Positions 1-11,522 of a stretch of 64,000 bases of DNA are shown here, piece after piece. Within the stretch, counting starts at the first letter, position 1. Each line of letters opens with the position of its first letter. The stretch comes from an uncultured Armatimonadetes bacterium (GTDB taxonomy: Bacteria > Armatimonadota > UBA5829 > DTJY01). The notes under the pieces are model-generated. The model did not search any database, was not told the origin of the DNA, and saw only the letters and a program-made list of their open reading frames with translations. The position numbers and the translations under genes are program-made. Location: contig OY970325.1 in NCBI GenBank assembly GCA_963717145.1, forward strand, positions 5,088,001 through 5,152,000. Direction: 5' to 3'.

Positions 1-855
1 GATACGTGATCCGTATCAAGGCCGGTGACAGTCAGTCCGGACGAGAGATCGCTCAGACCGCCGATCTCGGCAGACCGTTTGGCAGGGACCACGAGATCGT
101 CTATCCCTTGCCGAAGGGGTATGGGTCTCACGATTTCATGCCTGGGCATCAGTACAAGACGCACCGATGGGCGATGGTTGTGGACCTCGACCGCTGCACG
201 GGCTGCCATGCGTGCGCCGCGGCCTGTTATGCGGAGAACAACATCGGCACGGTAGGCCTCGACAACGTTCGGCGAGGCCGGGAGATGTCTTGGATACGGA
301 TAGACCGATACCTCGATTGGGACGATCCGAACGCTCCCGTGCTCTTCCAGCCGATGCTCTGCCAGCACTGTGACGCAGCGCCCTGCGAGGCCGTGTGTCC
401 CGTGTTTGCGGCGGCCCAGAATGATGAAGGGCTGAACATGCAGGTCTACAACAGATGCATCGGGACGCGGTTCTGCGCCAACAACTGCCCATACAAAGTC
501 CGACGGTTCAACTGGTTCGACTACAAGTGGCCCGAGCCGCTCAACTGGCAGCTCAACCCCGACGTTACCGTCCGCTGCCGAGGCGTGATGGAGAAGTGCA
601 CGTTCTGCATCCAGCGGATCCGAGCGGCCGAGACTCGCTGCGCGCGGTGAGGGCAGGGAGCTTCGGGACGGCGAGGTGGTCCCGGCGTGCGTGCAGACAT
701 GTCCGGCGAGCGTATTCACCTTCGGCGATCTCAAGGATCCGAACTCCGCCGTCTCCCGGCTTTTCGCATCCGACCCCCGGGCATATCAGGTGCTCGCGGG
801 TTTGAATACGAAGCCCGCGGTGTTGTACCTGAAGCGGATCATCGACCGATCCTGA
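1..855 (+). CDS. actB: ACIII ActB-like Fe-S subunit (C-terminal 4Fe-4S dicluster part; 5' end outside the window; frameshift ~635-655)
   Basis: ORF 6..650 has [45 protein letters not shown] and [10 protein letters not shown]. The expected tail ([13 protein letters not shown]...FGDL...YQVL..LNTKPAV.YL) continues in another frame to TGA at 853-855. Confidence 0.85.
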
Positions 856-865
856 GCATCACCAT

Positions 866-973
866 GTAGTGGCCGTGCCTCTGTGCCGGCCATGGGACTG
901 AGAACAATGTAGTGGCCGCGCCTCCGTGCCGGCCATGACACCGGGAAGGCCGGCACAGAGGCACGGCCACTAC
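866..973. repeat. GTAG REP-like cluster, family A (two direct units plus one inverted unit of GTAGTGGCCGYGCCTCYGTGCCGGCC)
   Basis: Units at 866-891 and 909-934, inverted unit at 948-973. The same arrangement recurs at 32232-32338. Confidence 0.85.
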
Positions 974-988
974 GTTAGAGGTAGGTAA

Positions 989-2333
989 TTGGAAACCAGC
1001 AGGCTGAGCCGAATCGATAACGAGGTACTGAGCGCAATCGGCGCGCCGTCACGGGGATACTGGATCGTCCTCATGGTCTGCGCGCTGCTGGTAGTGGTCG
1101 GCGCTATGGCCTACGGAATCCAGTACACGGTCGGCATGTCGGTCACCGGCCTGTCTGTTCCGATTGGATGGGCCGTCTACATCACGAACTTCGTGTGGTG
1201 GATCGGCATCGCTCACTCCGGCACGCTCATCTCGGCCATCCTGTATCTCTTCCGCACGAGATGGCGGAACGGCATCAACCGAGCGGCTGAGGCCATGACG
1301 ATGTTCGCGATCATGACCGCCGGGCTGTTCCCGCTGATCCATCTCGGACGCGTCTGGGTCTTCTACTGGGTCATTCCCTATCCCAACACGGCCGGCGCTG
1401 TGGCCGAACTTCAAGTCGCCGCTGGTGTGGGACGTCATCGCCGTTACGACGTATCTGATCGTCAGCGTCCTGTTCTTCTACCTCGGACTGCTGCCCGATC
1501 TGGCCACCGCTCGGGACCATGCGCCGCCCGGCCGGCGAAAGACGGCATACAGCTATCTGGCACTCGGCTGGACCGGCCGGTACGAGCAATGGAGGCATTA
1601 CGGCCGGACTTACCTGGCCCTGGCCGCGCTGATCACGCCGCTCGTCATCTCGGTGCACAGCATCGTCTCGTGGGACTTCGCCATGTCACTTGTGCCGGGG
1701 TGGCACACGACGATATTCGCGCCATACTTCGTGGCGGGGGCGATCCATTCCGGGCTCGCGATGGTGATCACGCTGCTCATACCGCTGAGAAAAGTGCTGC
1801 GGCTGGAGAAGATACTGACGGCCTTCTACTTCGAGCAGATGGCGCTGCTGATGATCCTGATGTCGCTGATAATCGGCTATTCGTACGCGGTAGAGGCGTT
1901 CATGTCCTGGTACAGCGCCGACAAGTTCGAGCAGCAGTTCACGGCATACCGCGCATTCGGCAACGGACCGTACACGCCTTTGTTCTGGACGATGATCGTG
2001 TTCAATCTGGTCGTTCCGATGACTTTCTTCTTCAAGAGACTGCGCACGAACCTGAGGTATCTATTCGTCTCGGCGATCCTCGTCAACATCGGAATGTGGC
2101 TTGAGCGCTTCGTGATCATAGTCGTCTCGCTCTCCCACGACTACCTGCCGTCCTCGTGGGGAGTCTATGCGCCGAGGCCGGTCGAGATCGCGGTCACGGG
2201 TCTCTCGTTCGGATTCTTCTTCATGGCCTATCTCATGTTCGTGAAGCTGTTCCCGTCGATCTCCATGAACGAACTGAAGGAGCAGGTAATGACGGGACGA
2301 GAGCAGACCCTCGAGAGGCGAGGTGAGTTCTGA
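989..2333 (+). CDS. actC: ACIII ActC-like NrfD/PsrC-family quinol-binding membrane subunit (frameshift ~1385-1395)
   Basis: YITNFVWWIGIAHSGTLISAIL, AEAMT and HLGRVW in the first frame; WPNFKSPLVWDV, SVHSIVSWDFA, PGWHTTIFAPYFVAGAI and GMWLERFVI in the second frame. Confidence 0.9.
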
Positions 2334-2854
2334 TGGCTGATCCGGTGATTGTCCGGGCTCGATACAGGGACCACGACGATTTCATGCGCGCGCTGGAAGC
2401 GTTCAGCGGCCAGGCGGAGGCATTCGCCCCGGTGCGGCTCGACACGCTGGGCGACCTCATGCCGAAGCGCGGCAGCACGGTGCGGTTTTGGGCATATTTC
2501 GGCGCGCTCGCAGGGATGGCGATTGCCTACCATATGTGTGTCGCCAGTTCTGCTGTCTTCGGACTGATAGTAGGAGGGAAGCCGCCTGTGTCGAGAGTTC
2601 CGTTCCTGGTCGTGACCTACGCCGGGACGATTCTGCTCGGAGCGATCTCTGTCTTCATCGCCTTCCTGATCGCGGCTGGGATGCGTCCGAGGAAACCCGG
2701 GCCCGAGACGGGTGCCACCGAGGATATGTTCGGCGTGGAAGTGGCCTGCAAGCCGGAGGACTGCGATAGTATATCGGAGCGCCTGCGGAGTCTGGGGGCG
2801 CATGACGTGCGCGTGATCTCCCGCGGAGAGGATGTTCACAGTGGAAGTGTGTAG
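2333..2854 (+). CDS. actD: ACIII ActD-like membrane protein (DUF3341-like)
   Basis: Two TM segments flanking IVGGKP..S.VPF; directly follows actC with an overlapping stop/start. Confidence 0.7.
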   Translation: MADPVIVRARYRDHDDFMRALEAFSGQAEAFAPVRLDTLGDLMPKRGSTVRFWAYFGALAGMAIAYHMCVASSAVFGLIVGGKPPVSRVPFLVVTYAGTILLGAISVFIAFLIAAGMRPRKPGPETGATEDMFGVEVACKPEDCDSISERLRSLGAHDVRVISRGEDVHSGSV

Positions 2855-4057
2855 GACGGAGACCACCAGAGATCAGTTCGAGCCCGCCTTCCGCCCGGCC
2901 AGGTGGCTCCTCGCGGCATCGGGGGCCGCGGTCATAATCGGCCTGGGAGGCATCCTCCTGGCAGCCAGGACGTCTCCGCTGCAAGCCTGGGTCTGGCTGA
3001 TCGTGAATTTCGTCCTGTTCGGAGGGATCGCCCGAGGGATGCTGCTCTGGTCGAGTGCATTCAGGATCGCCCAGGCCCGGTGGACCCCGCGGTCAACCGG
3101 CTCGGCCACTCAGCGATCGCCTTCATTCCGGTCTCATACCTGGTGATGATCGTTCTGCTCTTAGGGCTCAAAGCGTACATGCCCTGGGTGATTCACCCGG
3201 TGCCGGCGAAGGCCGGATGGTTGAACGTGCCGTTCATGGCGGGCCGGGATTCGCTGTTACTTCTGGTTGTATTCCTGGTCTACCTGGCTATGGTTCGGTG
3301 GACGCTCAAAGCCGACGCCCGGGCTCGGCGGGGGGAGACCATCGACCAGGCCGCGCAGTACCGATTGACGGCGATCGCCATTGCGGCGGCGATAGTTTAT
3401 GTGCTGACGGAGACCATCTTGGCGTACGACTTCATCATGTCGCTCTCGCCCGAATGGTACAGCACGATGTTCGCGCCCTACATATGGGTCACGGACATGT
3501 ACCTGGCGCTGGCCGTTCTCATCGTTATGGCCTCGATGCTCCGAGGGTCTTCACGGTCGTACCTCGGGCCGCCGGAGGTCCAGAACCTCGCAAACCTGGC
3601 GCTGGCCTTCTCGCTGCTTTCGATGGGACTCTTCTTCGCACAATACCTGACCATCTGGTATGGAAACCTGCCTGAGGAGACGGGATTCATGATCGTCCGA
3701 TACTACAGGGGGCAGTGGCCCTGGCTCGGGTGGGCCGGATTCGTGACGGCATATGCGATTCCTTTCGTGCTGCTCCAGAGCCGGTGGATCAAAGGACATC
3801 CCGCATGGGCCTCTGCGGTGTCAGCGCTCATCATCATCGGAGTTGGCCTGGAGAGATACGTGCTCGTCGCGCCGTCCATCATTCCCGGGGATCCGATGTT
3901 CAACTTGATGCCGGCCCTGAGCATCCTCGGATTCCTGGGTGCTTTCGTGCTGGCGGTGAGCCTTTTCCTTCGCAGATACTCGCCGATTTCCGCGGCCGAT
4001 GTCGCGCTTTGCGAGATGGATGAGGAGGTTGACAGGAGAATGGTGGCGGACCTATGA
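2832..4057 (+). CDS. actF: ACIII ActF-like polytopic membrane subunit (frameshift ~3085-3095)
   Basis: ORF 2832..3146 joins ORF 2903..4057. Motifs WLNVPF, DFIMSLSPEWYSTMF and FAQYLTIWYGNLPEET are typical of ActF. Confidence 0.85.
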
Positions 4058-4554
4058 GGCTCGGGAGGATGCAAGTCTCGAAGAAGTCGATCGTGATGAT
4101 GGCGGCCGTTCCGATAGTGCTGTTCGCCCTCTTTGCGCGGGGCGAGCCACCACTGCAGCCGATCAACTTCCCGCACAAGAGGATGGTGCAGGAGGTCGGG
4201 ATCGACTGCTACTTCTGCCATCCGTATGCGGCGGTTTCGGCGAATGCGGGCATGCCGAGCCTGGACAAGTGCCTCCTCTGCCACGAAACCATTCGGACTA
4301 AGGCTACCAACAAGTTGCTCGACTACAAACGGCGAGGACAGGGCATCCCATGGGTCCGCGTCAATCGGCTGCCGGACTATGTCCGTTTCAATCACGAACG
4401 CCACATAGCCGCCGGTCAGGTGTGCAAAGACTGCCACGGGGACATCGCATCGATGGAGACGACTCGGCCGGTCAGGAAGTTCAAGATGGGCTTCTGCACA
4501 GGTTGTCACCAGAAAAAGGGCGTCTCGCGGGACTGCTATGTGTGCCACCATTGA
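4054..4554 (+). CDS. actA: Membrane-anchored pentaheme cytochrome c (ActA-like, c3/c7 family)
   Basis: Five CxxCH motifs (CYFCH, CLLCH, CKDCH, CTGCH, CYVCH), plus QPINFPH and IPWVRVNRLPDYVRFNH. Confidence 0.85.
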   Translation: MRLGRMQVSKKSIVMMAAVPIVLFALFARGEPPLQPINFPHKRMVQEVGIDCYFCHPYAAVSANAGMPSLDKCLLCHETIRTKATNKLLDYKRRGQGIPWVRVNRLPDYVRFNHERHIAAGQVCKDCHGDIASMETTRPVRKFKMGFCTGCHQKKGVSRDCYVCHH

Positions 4555-4565
4555 GTGAGGATGAT

Positions 4566-5045
4566 ATGCGACTGGCGAGGAAGATGATGATTGCGCTGAC
4601 GGCTCTGACCGCGCTGATGTGCGTCTCATGCGGACCGCGCATGGTTCGTTCGCCGTCCGTCACGACATACGAACGTCGGATGCCGGCCTCGCCTCGCGGG
4701 ACGGTTCCCACAACGGGTCGGCTCTCCACCCTGACTCTGGAGCAGTCGAAACTCGCTACGAGTCCTCTAGCGCCGAATGAAGCGAATCTCTCTCAGGGCA
4801 AGACGCACTATGGTCGCTACTGCGGGTTTTGTCACGGCCCCGATGGAACCGGAGCGGTCACTCTCGGCTACATTCTCAGGCCGACTCCGACGAATCTGAC
4901 GTCCGTCGAGGTCAGGAATCTGACCGATGGAGAGATCTACTACCGCATGCTCCACGGCCCAGGTCACGATCCCGTCATGAGTGAGACGGTTCTGCCGCCC
5001 TACCGCTGGCAGGTGGTCATGTACGTTCGGTCGCTTGCCCGTTGA
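4566..5045 (+). CDS. actE: Monoheme cytochrome c lipoprotein (ActE-like)
   Basis: Lipoprotein-type signal (MRLARK...MCVS-C), P.GTVP, CGFCHG.DG.G, DGEIYY and distal Met. Confidence 0.75.
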   Translation: MRLARKMMIALTALTALMCVSCGPRMVRSPSVTTYERRMPASPRGTVPTTGRLSTLTLEQSKLATSPLAPNEANLSQGKTHYGRYCGFCHGPDGTGAVTLGYILRPTPTNLTSVEVRNLTDGEIYYRMLHGPGHDPVMSETVLPPYRWQVVMYVRSLAR

Positions 5046-5098
5046 CCGACGGCGCGGGTAGTCAGGAGAAGTGGAAGATGCACGGTCAAGTTCGACGG

Positions 5099-5407
5099 CT
5101 ACTCACGTACCTTGAACCAGTAGATGGCCCAACATGCAATGGTAAGAATGCCTCCTCTAGGCAATACGCCTATCGCCAGCATAACGATGCCAACCACAAC
5201 CATCCACGCCGGCACTTCCTGATCGACCAGGTCAACGATCCACCAGGTCACGAAGGCTATGACCATAGCGGCAAGCATCAGGCCAAGGCCGAATGTGTAG
5301 TCGCGCGCCAGCAGAGGGATGAACAGGATTCCCAGGAAGGATCCCCACCCTACATAACCCCACCAATCACCGAACATTATCACGACTTGGCTGCATAGCT
5401 TTCGCAT
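5099..5407 (-). CDS. Small hydrophobic membrane protein of unknown function (start uncertain)
   Basis: About 100 aa with 3-4 hydrophobic segments; fills the gap between actE and the GH116 gene. Confidence 0.5.
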   Translation of the reverse strand: MRKLCSQVVIMFGDWWGYVGWGSFLGILFIPLLARDYTFGLGLMLAAMVIAFVTWWIVDLVDQEVPAWMVVVGIVMLAIGVLPRGGILTIACWAIYWFKVRE

Positions 5408-5437
5408 ATGAGTTCGTTTCCCGAATGGGTACACTGC

Positions 5438-8400
5438 CTAGCGGCGGGACAGGCTGATGGATAGCATCTTCCCCAGTGTGACCGGTCCGACCTCTACCGT
5501 GCCGTCGCTCGATGCCCGGACACTCCTGGTTCTTCCGCCGGAGGTGACCGAGACCCGCCCATTGGACGCGGTTCGGAGCTTAAGCGACTTCAGCCGGATC
5601 GTATCCCCGAGGTTAGTCAGGGTATAGACCTCTCCGTGAGGCGAGCGCTTGTAACTGACCTGGCCGAGCCACTTCGGCATGATGATCGGGAGCGTGAACG
5701 TCGGGTCCTTCCATACCCAGTCGGCGGGCTTGATGACAGCGGTCTCCTGGGGTACGTCGAGTCCGAGCCCGGCGGCGGAGTAGGCGAGTGTCATCGTCAC
5801 GCCGAGGCGCATGTCGCGAAGGAGCCGGTCAGTGATCGCGCCTGTGTGCGGATCCTCGATCGCCTCCTCCTGTCTCCATGGGACGCGTGCCTTCTCGACC
5901 ATGTACTGCGTCCATATCTCGTCGGCCACGCGCAGGGCGATGTCGTCCATCCCCTGGTACATGCAATGGGATGCGTAGAAGAGTGACCATCCCGTGCCGC
6001 AGATAAAGCACTGCCAGATGCCGTTGCTGCTCCCGTCGGGGTTGAGGCAGACCGTCACGCCGTAGAGCGAGTCCTTGCCGAGCACGTCGTCGATCACCTG
6101 CAGGGACGAGCGCACCTGCTTCTGCGGGATGCCAGTCTCGAAGCCCATCATGTCGGCATACCAGTCGCCTGCCACCTGGAGGCACGATATCATATTGTTG
6201 TCCTTGCCGCCATCGAGCGCGCCCTGCCGGAAATACTCGCCGGTCCAGAGGCGCTTCTCGGTCTGGGCGAGCGCCTTGGTGTGTGTCGCGCGGAGTGCGG
6301 CGGCATACGTGTCTTCTCCCAGGTCATCGGCCAGTCGTGCGACGGCGACCAGCATCGCCACCCACTGGTTCGCGTCGTAGCCGCTCTTGTCGGCCATCGT
6401 CCAGCCGTCGTAGCCGTAGTAGGTCTCAGGGAGGCCGTCGTCGTCGTCGTCCTGCGCCTGGACCCAGGCGACCGCCCGCTTCACGTGCGGCCACATCTCG
6501 CGCAGGAAGTCCTTGTCGCCGGTCCACTGGTAGTTGCGCGCGACTTCGAGGCAGAACTTGATCGGCAGGTTCACCCAGTAGCCGTCGTAGTCGTGAGCGC
6601 CGGTTTTCGGCTCGGTGGGAGGCGCTTTCTGCGGGAAAAGGAAGATGTCGGCGAGACCCCTCCCGACGCCCAGGTCGTGAGGAACGAAGCCGTTGTCATG
6701 CTGGGACTCGCCGAGACCGCGCAGCTCGATGTCGTCGAGTTCGGGGAACGCCGCGAGCTTCGTGAATGAGCCGTAGTAGCGCACGTCCATCGTCCCGATC
6801 GCGGGCATCGGTCGGGCGACTCGTAGGTAAACGAGATGCCGTCCTTGGTGAGCCACGTGCAGGCGGGCATGAGGTAGAAGTTGCTCTGGACCATCTCGCG
6901 ATACCACTTGGGGAGCGTGCTGGTGGCGATGATGTCGTAGTGCTCTTTGGTCTTGCGCAGGAGCTTGTCATGATCCCGCGCGACCTCCTCGGCGACCTCG
7001 GCGGAGTCCGCGAACCAGTCCTGATACTTGTGGCCGTAGACGTGTCCCTCCAGGTTGCGGTGGTTCGGCGCGTACCATCCGCAGACGATCGAGGCGGTCC
7101 CCGACTCGCCCGGCCTAAGGCTCAGCCGCTGCTCGACGGCATATACGCTGGGATTCGGCGAAGATGCGGCCGTTCCCTCAAGCGCCTCGGGAACCGACGC
7201 GCTGTCCGGAATGCGGTAGGTGCGTGTTATGCCGTCGCCTCGGAGGGCGGCGATCGTGTACTCCGCGTCCGTGTTGGATGCAAGATCGAGGGCGTCGAAA
7301 TCGCCCACCATGCGGTTGATATCGAGGTTCCGGGTCGCGATCACACCCTCTGCGAGCGGAAGTGATGAGAGCCGGCCAGCGGTGATGGCGAAGACGATCG
7401 GTGCGATAGCCCCTGTCTTCCGAAGCTCGACCGACTCGATGGTCTTCGAGCCGTCGGTCGGGACCGCGAAGACGTTGATCGTGTAGGACTCGTTTCGGCC
7501 GTTCGGGCCGCTGACACTCGCCGGCGAGAGTGACGCCGCTCCACCCATCCAATCGCTCAACTCCTGTCCGCTGTGGAGGCGGACGATCGACTCCGTGCCG
7601 TCGGTGTAGCGGATCACGTATTGAGCGGCGCCATCGAACGCCCAGCCCGCGCAGTTGCCGAAGAAGAAGAGGCAGTCGGCGACCTGATTGACGGGCATAC
7701 TGACGCTCTTCTCGCCGCCCTCCGGGCCCGCCATCACGCACGACTTCCCGCCGTTCGCGGCGTCATCCGCAATGTCGAAGGGGATGTCGTAGATCGTTCG
7801 AATGCCCGGTTTCAGGTCGCTGAAGCAGAGGTTGGATGCAATCGGCTCGTTGAACGGGTTGTGCAGGTAGCTCCGATTGCATGCGCCGCTGATGTCGATC
7901 GGAGTGAAGTCGTACGCGCGGAGGTATGCCCTCTCGATCTCAGCGCGCTTTGCCTTTACCCTGTCGCGAACGGACGGGCCGATCACGGCCTTGGTGGAAA
8001 ACGTCAGTCCGGACGCGGCCTTCCCCGCGTATTCCTCACCCTTGCTCTCGATGGAGATATCCACGGCGTGGCTCGGGGCCGCGTCGCGAAGGACCTCCCA
8101 CTCATGGAAGCCGGTTGACGGCTCCATATCCAGATGGCTCGTCGCGATTCCCCTGAGCCACTCGCTGAAATCCGTCCCGTACGCGAGCACGAGGCCGATA
8201 TCGGCCGCTTTGTCGCCCGAGTTGCGAATCTGCGCGTCGAAGATCATCGTGGGGTATGCGCTGTGCCGGACGTCGTGCAGGACGAACGGCGACCAGCACC
8301 ACAGCGTCAGATCGACGGGCAGATCGGGGAAGGTGAGCTTGGCGAATGGGAAGTTTCCCTCGAAGCGGACCCGCCCTCCGCCGAGGGGAAACGCTTCCGT

Positions 8401-8679
8401 CTTGCCGCCGATGGTCCGCGTGACCCAGAGGCCCGTGCCGGGGATCGCGGGAATGCGGGCGACCCAGTTGTTGACGTTGGCGAACTCGATCAGCGTCCCC
8501 TGGCTCGTGATCTCTACGCATCCCGCGCCGACACCGCCCATCGGCATACCGACGGGCCTCCCCTCTTCGGTGTACTTGATTCCCTGGAAGTCCTTCAACA
8601 CATCGAGGGCGTCCGCGCGCGATACACCGACCATCGAGATCAAGAGCAAGAGAGCGAGTAAGATCGTCATCGTATTCAT
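5438..8679 (-). CDS. Secreted GH116 (GBA2-like) glycoside hydrolase with an inserted domain (frameshift ~6800-6815)
   Basis: Signal peptide, GMPMGGVGAG N-terminal motif, WSPFV...S.YP, YES nucleophile region, TMDVRYYGS, GFVPHDLG, DDDDDGLPE and GYDGW. Confidence 0.75.
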
Positions 8680-8697
8680 GTCTGTTCCTCCAATGTG

Positions 8698-8758
8698 GTA
8701 GGGGCGTGCCTTGTGCCGCCTGATAGGTCGTTGCGGGCGGCACAAGGCACGCCCCTAC
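8698..8758. repeat. GTAG REP-like inverted doublet, family B (GTAGGGGCGTGCCTTGTGCCGCC ... reverse complement)
   Basis: 23-bp inverted arms; second copy at 54056-54116. Confidence 0.85.
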
Positions 8759-9570
8759 AACCTGGTCATCTGCAGCTTCTTTCCCGTGCGGCGCTCGAAC
8801 TCCGCACGGTACTTCGCCGCCTGAGCATTATTACCGAGGCCGACGTAACAATACGCGAGATTGGCATAGATCGCGGGGTACAGGTCCGGGTCGAGGGCGA
8901 GTGCATCCTTGCAGTGCTCGATCGCCTTCCGGTGGTCCCCGTCGTGGAACTCGACAGCGCCGAGCCAGTAGTGCGACCACCACAGCTTCGGATCCTTCTC
9001 GAGCGATTGGGCCAAGAGCGACCTCGCCTCGGCGTTGTCACCCTTCTCCATCGCGAGCTTGCCTCGAATCGCGAGCATCCACGCATCGAACGACGCTGAG
9101 GGGTGAAGTTTCATCTGATCGGACGGAGCAGGCAGACCGGGACAGAGGGAGCGAAGTGCATCAGCGACCTTTGCCGTCATCTCGTCCTGGCAGCGCAAGA
9201 AATCCTGCACTTTGCCCGAGATAGGGAACGACCTCTGAGGCGCTTTCGGCGTCTTCCACACGTCGACCGTGAGCCGAAGCTCTACCTCCTTCTCCGAGCC
9301 GGAGATGATGATCACCACATCCGCCCGCAGGTTCTCGATCACCCCGGTAACCGCCGACTCCCTCGATGTCGTCTTCCGCAGTACCCGTGCGAGATCGAGC
9401 CGGTCGACCGGCTCCATCCCAGGCCAACGTTCGAGCCGCTTCTCCAGGTCGAACGCGATCGCCGTCCCGAGATCGGCCTCCATCTGCCACGGAATCACCG
9501 CGAACCGGACCTTCGCCTGGTCCGCATTGCCAACCGACTGCGACAGAAGCAGACACGCCCCCAGCATCAC
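8755..9570 (-). CDS. Secreted TPR-repeat protein with a TolB-N/CsgG-like N-terminal region
   Basis: Signal-like N-terminus, FAVIPW, and C-terminal TPRs (A..LL..SLEKDP..W.SHYWLG, ALALDP). Confidence 0.7.
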   Translation of the reverse strand: MMLGACLLLSQSVGNADQAKVRFAVIPWQMEADLGTAIAFDLEKRLERWPGMEPVDRLDLARVLRKTTSRESAVTGVIENLRADVVIIISGSEKEVELRLTVDVWKTPKAPQRSFPISGKVQDFLRCQDEMTAKVADALRSLCPGLPAPSDQMKLHPSASFDAWMLAIRGKLAMEKGDNAEARSLLAQSLEKDPKLWWSHYWLGAVEFHDGDHRKAIEHCKDALALDPDLYPAIYANLAYCYVGLGNNAQAAKYRAEFERRTGKKLQMTRL

Positions 9571-9598
9571 AAGTCTCCCATACCCCCATACTCCGCCT

Positions 9599-11200
9599 TC
9601 ACCGTATCCAATAATACAGCCCCACGGTCACCAGGCTGAGCGCGCCCCACTGAAGCCGCCAGTCGCGGAGCCCCTCGAAGGCCTCGCGCTTGGCATGCCA
9701 GTCCACAGTCGTCAGCTTCAGTTGCTCGGGATCGGTCTTCCGCGTGAACGCCGAGGTAATGAAGAGAGCCGCCGTTACGATCAGCGTCCCCCATAGACCT
9801 CGATAGGTGTAGTTCAAAGTCATCTTGTGGTGGAGCCACGGGAAGACCTGCTGTCCGGCCTGGACGCCCATGAGCTGGTCCGCCACGAATATCGACGCCA
9901 GCCCGATCCCCACGAGCACCGAGACGGCCGCACCCGTGAGCGTCACCCGCCTGCTCATGATCCCGAACACGATCGCCGGGGTGATCGGCATCACCAGGTA
10001 GATCGAGATCGTCTGCAGGTACTTGTACAGCCCGTCCGGAGTCTTGTACACCAGATACGCCGCTCCGATGCCCAGAACCGCGCCGATCAGGATCGCCAAC
10101 CGCCCGATCGCGACCTGTGCCCGTTCGCCGGTCCCTGGACGGAAGTGCAGGACGAAATCGCGCACCACGAGCGTCGAGATCGAGTTCATCACCGCGAGCA
10201 GCGAGGAGATCATCGCGGCCAGAAGCGACGCGAGGAGGAGTCCCCTCATCCCGCTCGGCAGCAGCTCGTTCAGCAGTGTCACGAAGGTCGTCTTCGATTC
10301 GCCGCCGGGGAAGAGCACTAGCGCGATCACGCCGGGGAGCGCGAAGATGAACACAGGCGTGAGCTTCAGGAGAGTCGCGAACATCGCGCCCCATCGAGCC
10401 TGCTGCAGGTCGCGGCCCCCGAGCATTCGCTGGACGTTGACCTGGTCGATCCCCCAGTAGAAGATGCCGCCGTAGATCGCGCCGGCGATGACCCCCCAGA
10501 ACGGGTAGTTCGGATCATCGAACGGTTTCGCCATGTGCATCGCCTGAGGAGCCGCCGCGCAGAGTGCGTGCCAGCCGCCGACCTTGTGCAGGCCGATCAA
10601 TGTCATCGCGCCGCTCCCGATGAGCATGATGACGGTCTGGATCGTATCGGTGTATGCGACCGTCGTGAAACCGCCGATCATCGTGATCACGGCGACCATC
10701 GCACCGAGGGCGACCACCGTCGTCATGATGCTCCATCCCGTCAGCGCGTGGAGAACGAGCGCCCCGGCATAGAGCGTGAACGCGGTCTTCGTCATGATGC
10801 AGATCACGAGCATCAGCCCGGAGAAGACGCTCCGCGCGTGCGGCGAGTAGCGCTTCTCGAGGAACTCGGGGATCGTGAAGACCTTGTTCCGCATGTAGTA
10901 GGGCAGCAGGACCGCGGCGGCGAACCCGAGGCAGATCGCGGTGGTGAGTTCGACCGTCCCGGCGCATAGCCCGTACCGGTAGGAGTCGCCTGAGAGGCCC
11001 ACGAGGTGCTCCGCGCCGATATTGGTCGCGAAAAGTGATGCGCCGATGATCGGCCACGTGAGAGTCCGTCCGGCGAGGAAGAACCCCGCGCTGTTCTCGG
11101 ACGAGCGCGCCCGGACCGCCAGCCACAGACCGACGGATATGCTTCCGATCAGGGCGACGAGGCAGACTACCCAATCGAGTGCGGAGAGCGTGATCTGCAT
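9599..11200 (-). CDS. Sodium:solute symporter (SSS/SLC5, sugar-type)
   Basis: FFLAGR.L.W..IGASLFATNIGAEHLVGL.G, TIPEFL..RY, YW..DQ..VQR and many TM segments. Confidence 0.92.
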   Translation of the reverse strand: MQITLSALDWVVCLVALIGSISVGLWLAVRARSSENSAGFFLAGRTLTWPIIGASLFATNIGAEHLVGLSGDSYRYGLCAGTVELTTAICLGFAAAVLLPYYMRNKVFTIPEFLEKRYSPHARSVFSGLMLVICIMTKTAFTLYAGALVLHALTGWSIMTTVVALGAMVAVITMIGGFTTVAYTDTIQTVIMLIGSGAMTLIGLHKVGGWHALCAAAPQAMHMAKPFDDPNYPFWGVIAGAIYGGIFYWGIDQVNVQRMLGGRDLQQARWGAMFATLLKLTPVFIFALPGVIALVLFPGGESKTTFVTLLNELLPSGMRGLLLASLLAAMISSLLAVMNSISTLVVRDFVLHFRPGTGERAQVAIGRLAILIGAVLGIGAAYLVYKTPDGLYKYLQTISIYLVMPITPAIVFGIMSRRVTLTGAAVSVLVGIGLASIFVADQLMGVQAGQQVFPWLHHKMTLNYTYRGLWGTLIVTAALFITSAFTRKTDPEQLKLTTVDWHAKREAFEGLRDWRLQWGALSLVTVGLYYWIR

Positions 11201-11238
11201 GGATTCCTCCCAGAGAGGTTGAATGGATGGCCTGCGCT

Positions 11239-11268
11239 ATATTATCAATCGGTTCCGCGCACTGTCAA
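11239..11268 (-). promoter_or_regulatory. Putative sigma70 promoter of the SSS symporter operon
   Basis: On the minus strand, TTGACA (11268-11263) followed by GATAAT/TAATAT at 16-18 nt. Confidence 0.5.
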
Positions 11269-11277
11269 GCGAAAGCA

Positions 11278-11394
11278 CACCGTCAGTCCTGAGTTCGCCG
11301 GTGAATGACGGCGTGTAACGAAGGACGGCTCGGTGCAGCAAGGCCGTCCTTCGTTACACGCCGTCATTCACCGGCGAACTCAGGACTGACGGTG
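11278..11394. repeat. Long perfect palindrome (52-bp arms, 13-nt loop), CGTC-type REP doublet
   Basis: Arms 11278-11329 and 11343-11394; a near-identical inverted copy lies at 62818-62938. Confidence 0.92.
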
Positions 11395-11432
11395 GTAGGT
11401 TTCGCAGGAGTGAAGTAAGGAATGACCGCCGC

Positions 11433-11461
11433 TTGATCGCCGGGGCGGTCAACGGTATAAT
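11433..11461 (+). promoter_or_regulatory. Putative sigma70 promoter of the amidohydrolase gene
   Basis: TTGATC-N17-TATAAT. Confidence 0.55.
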
Positions 11462-11469
11462 GTTCCCGC

Positions 11470-11522
11470 ACATATGTCCCATGTGTCCCATACGTCCCAT
11501 ACGTCCCATAGGACCCATGCCC
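11470..11522 (+). repeat. Short tandem 9-mer repeat (GTCCCATAY-like) in the 5' UTR
   Basis: atatgtcccatgtgtcccatacgtcccatacgtcccataggacccat. Confidence 0.7.
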
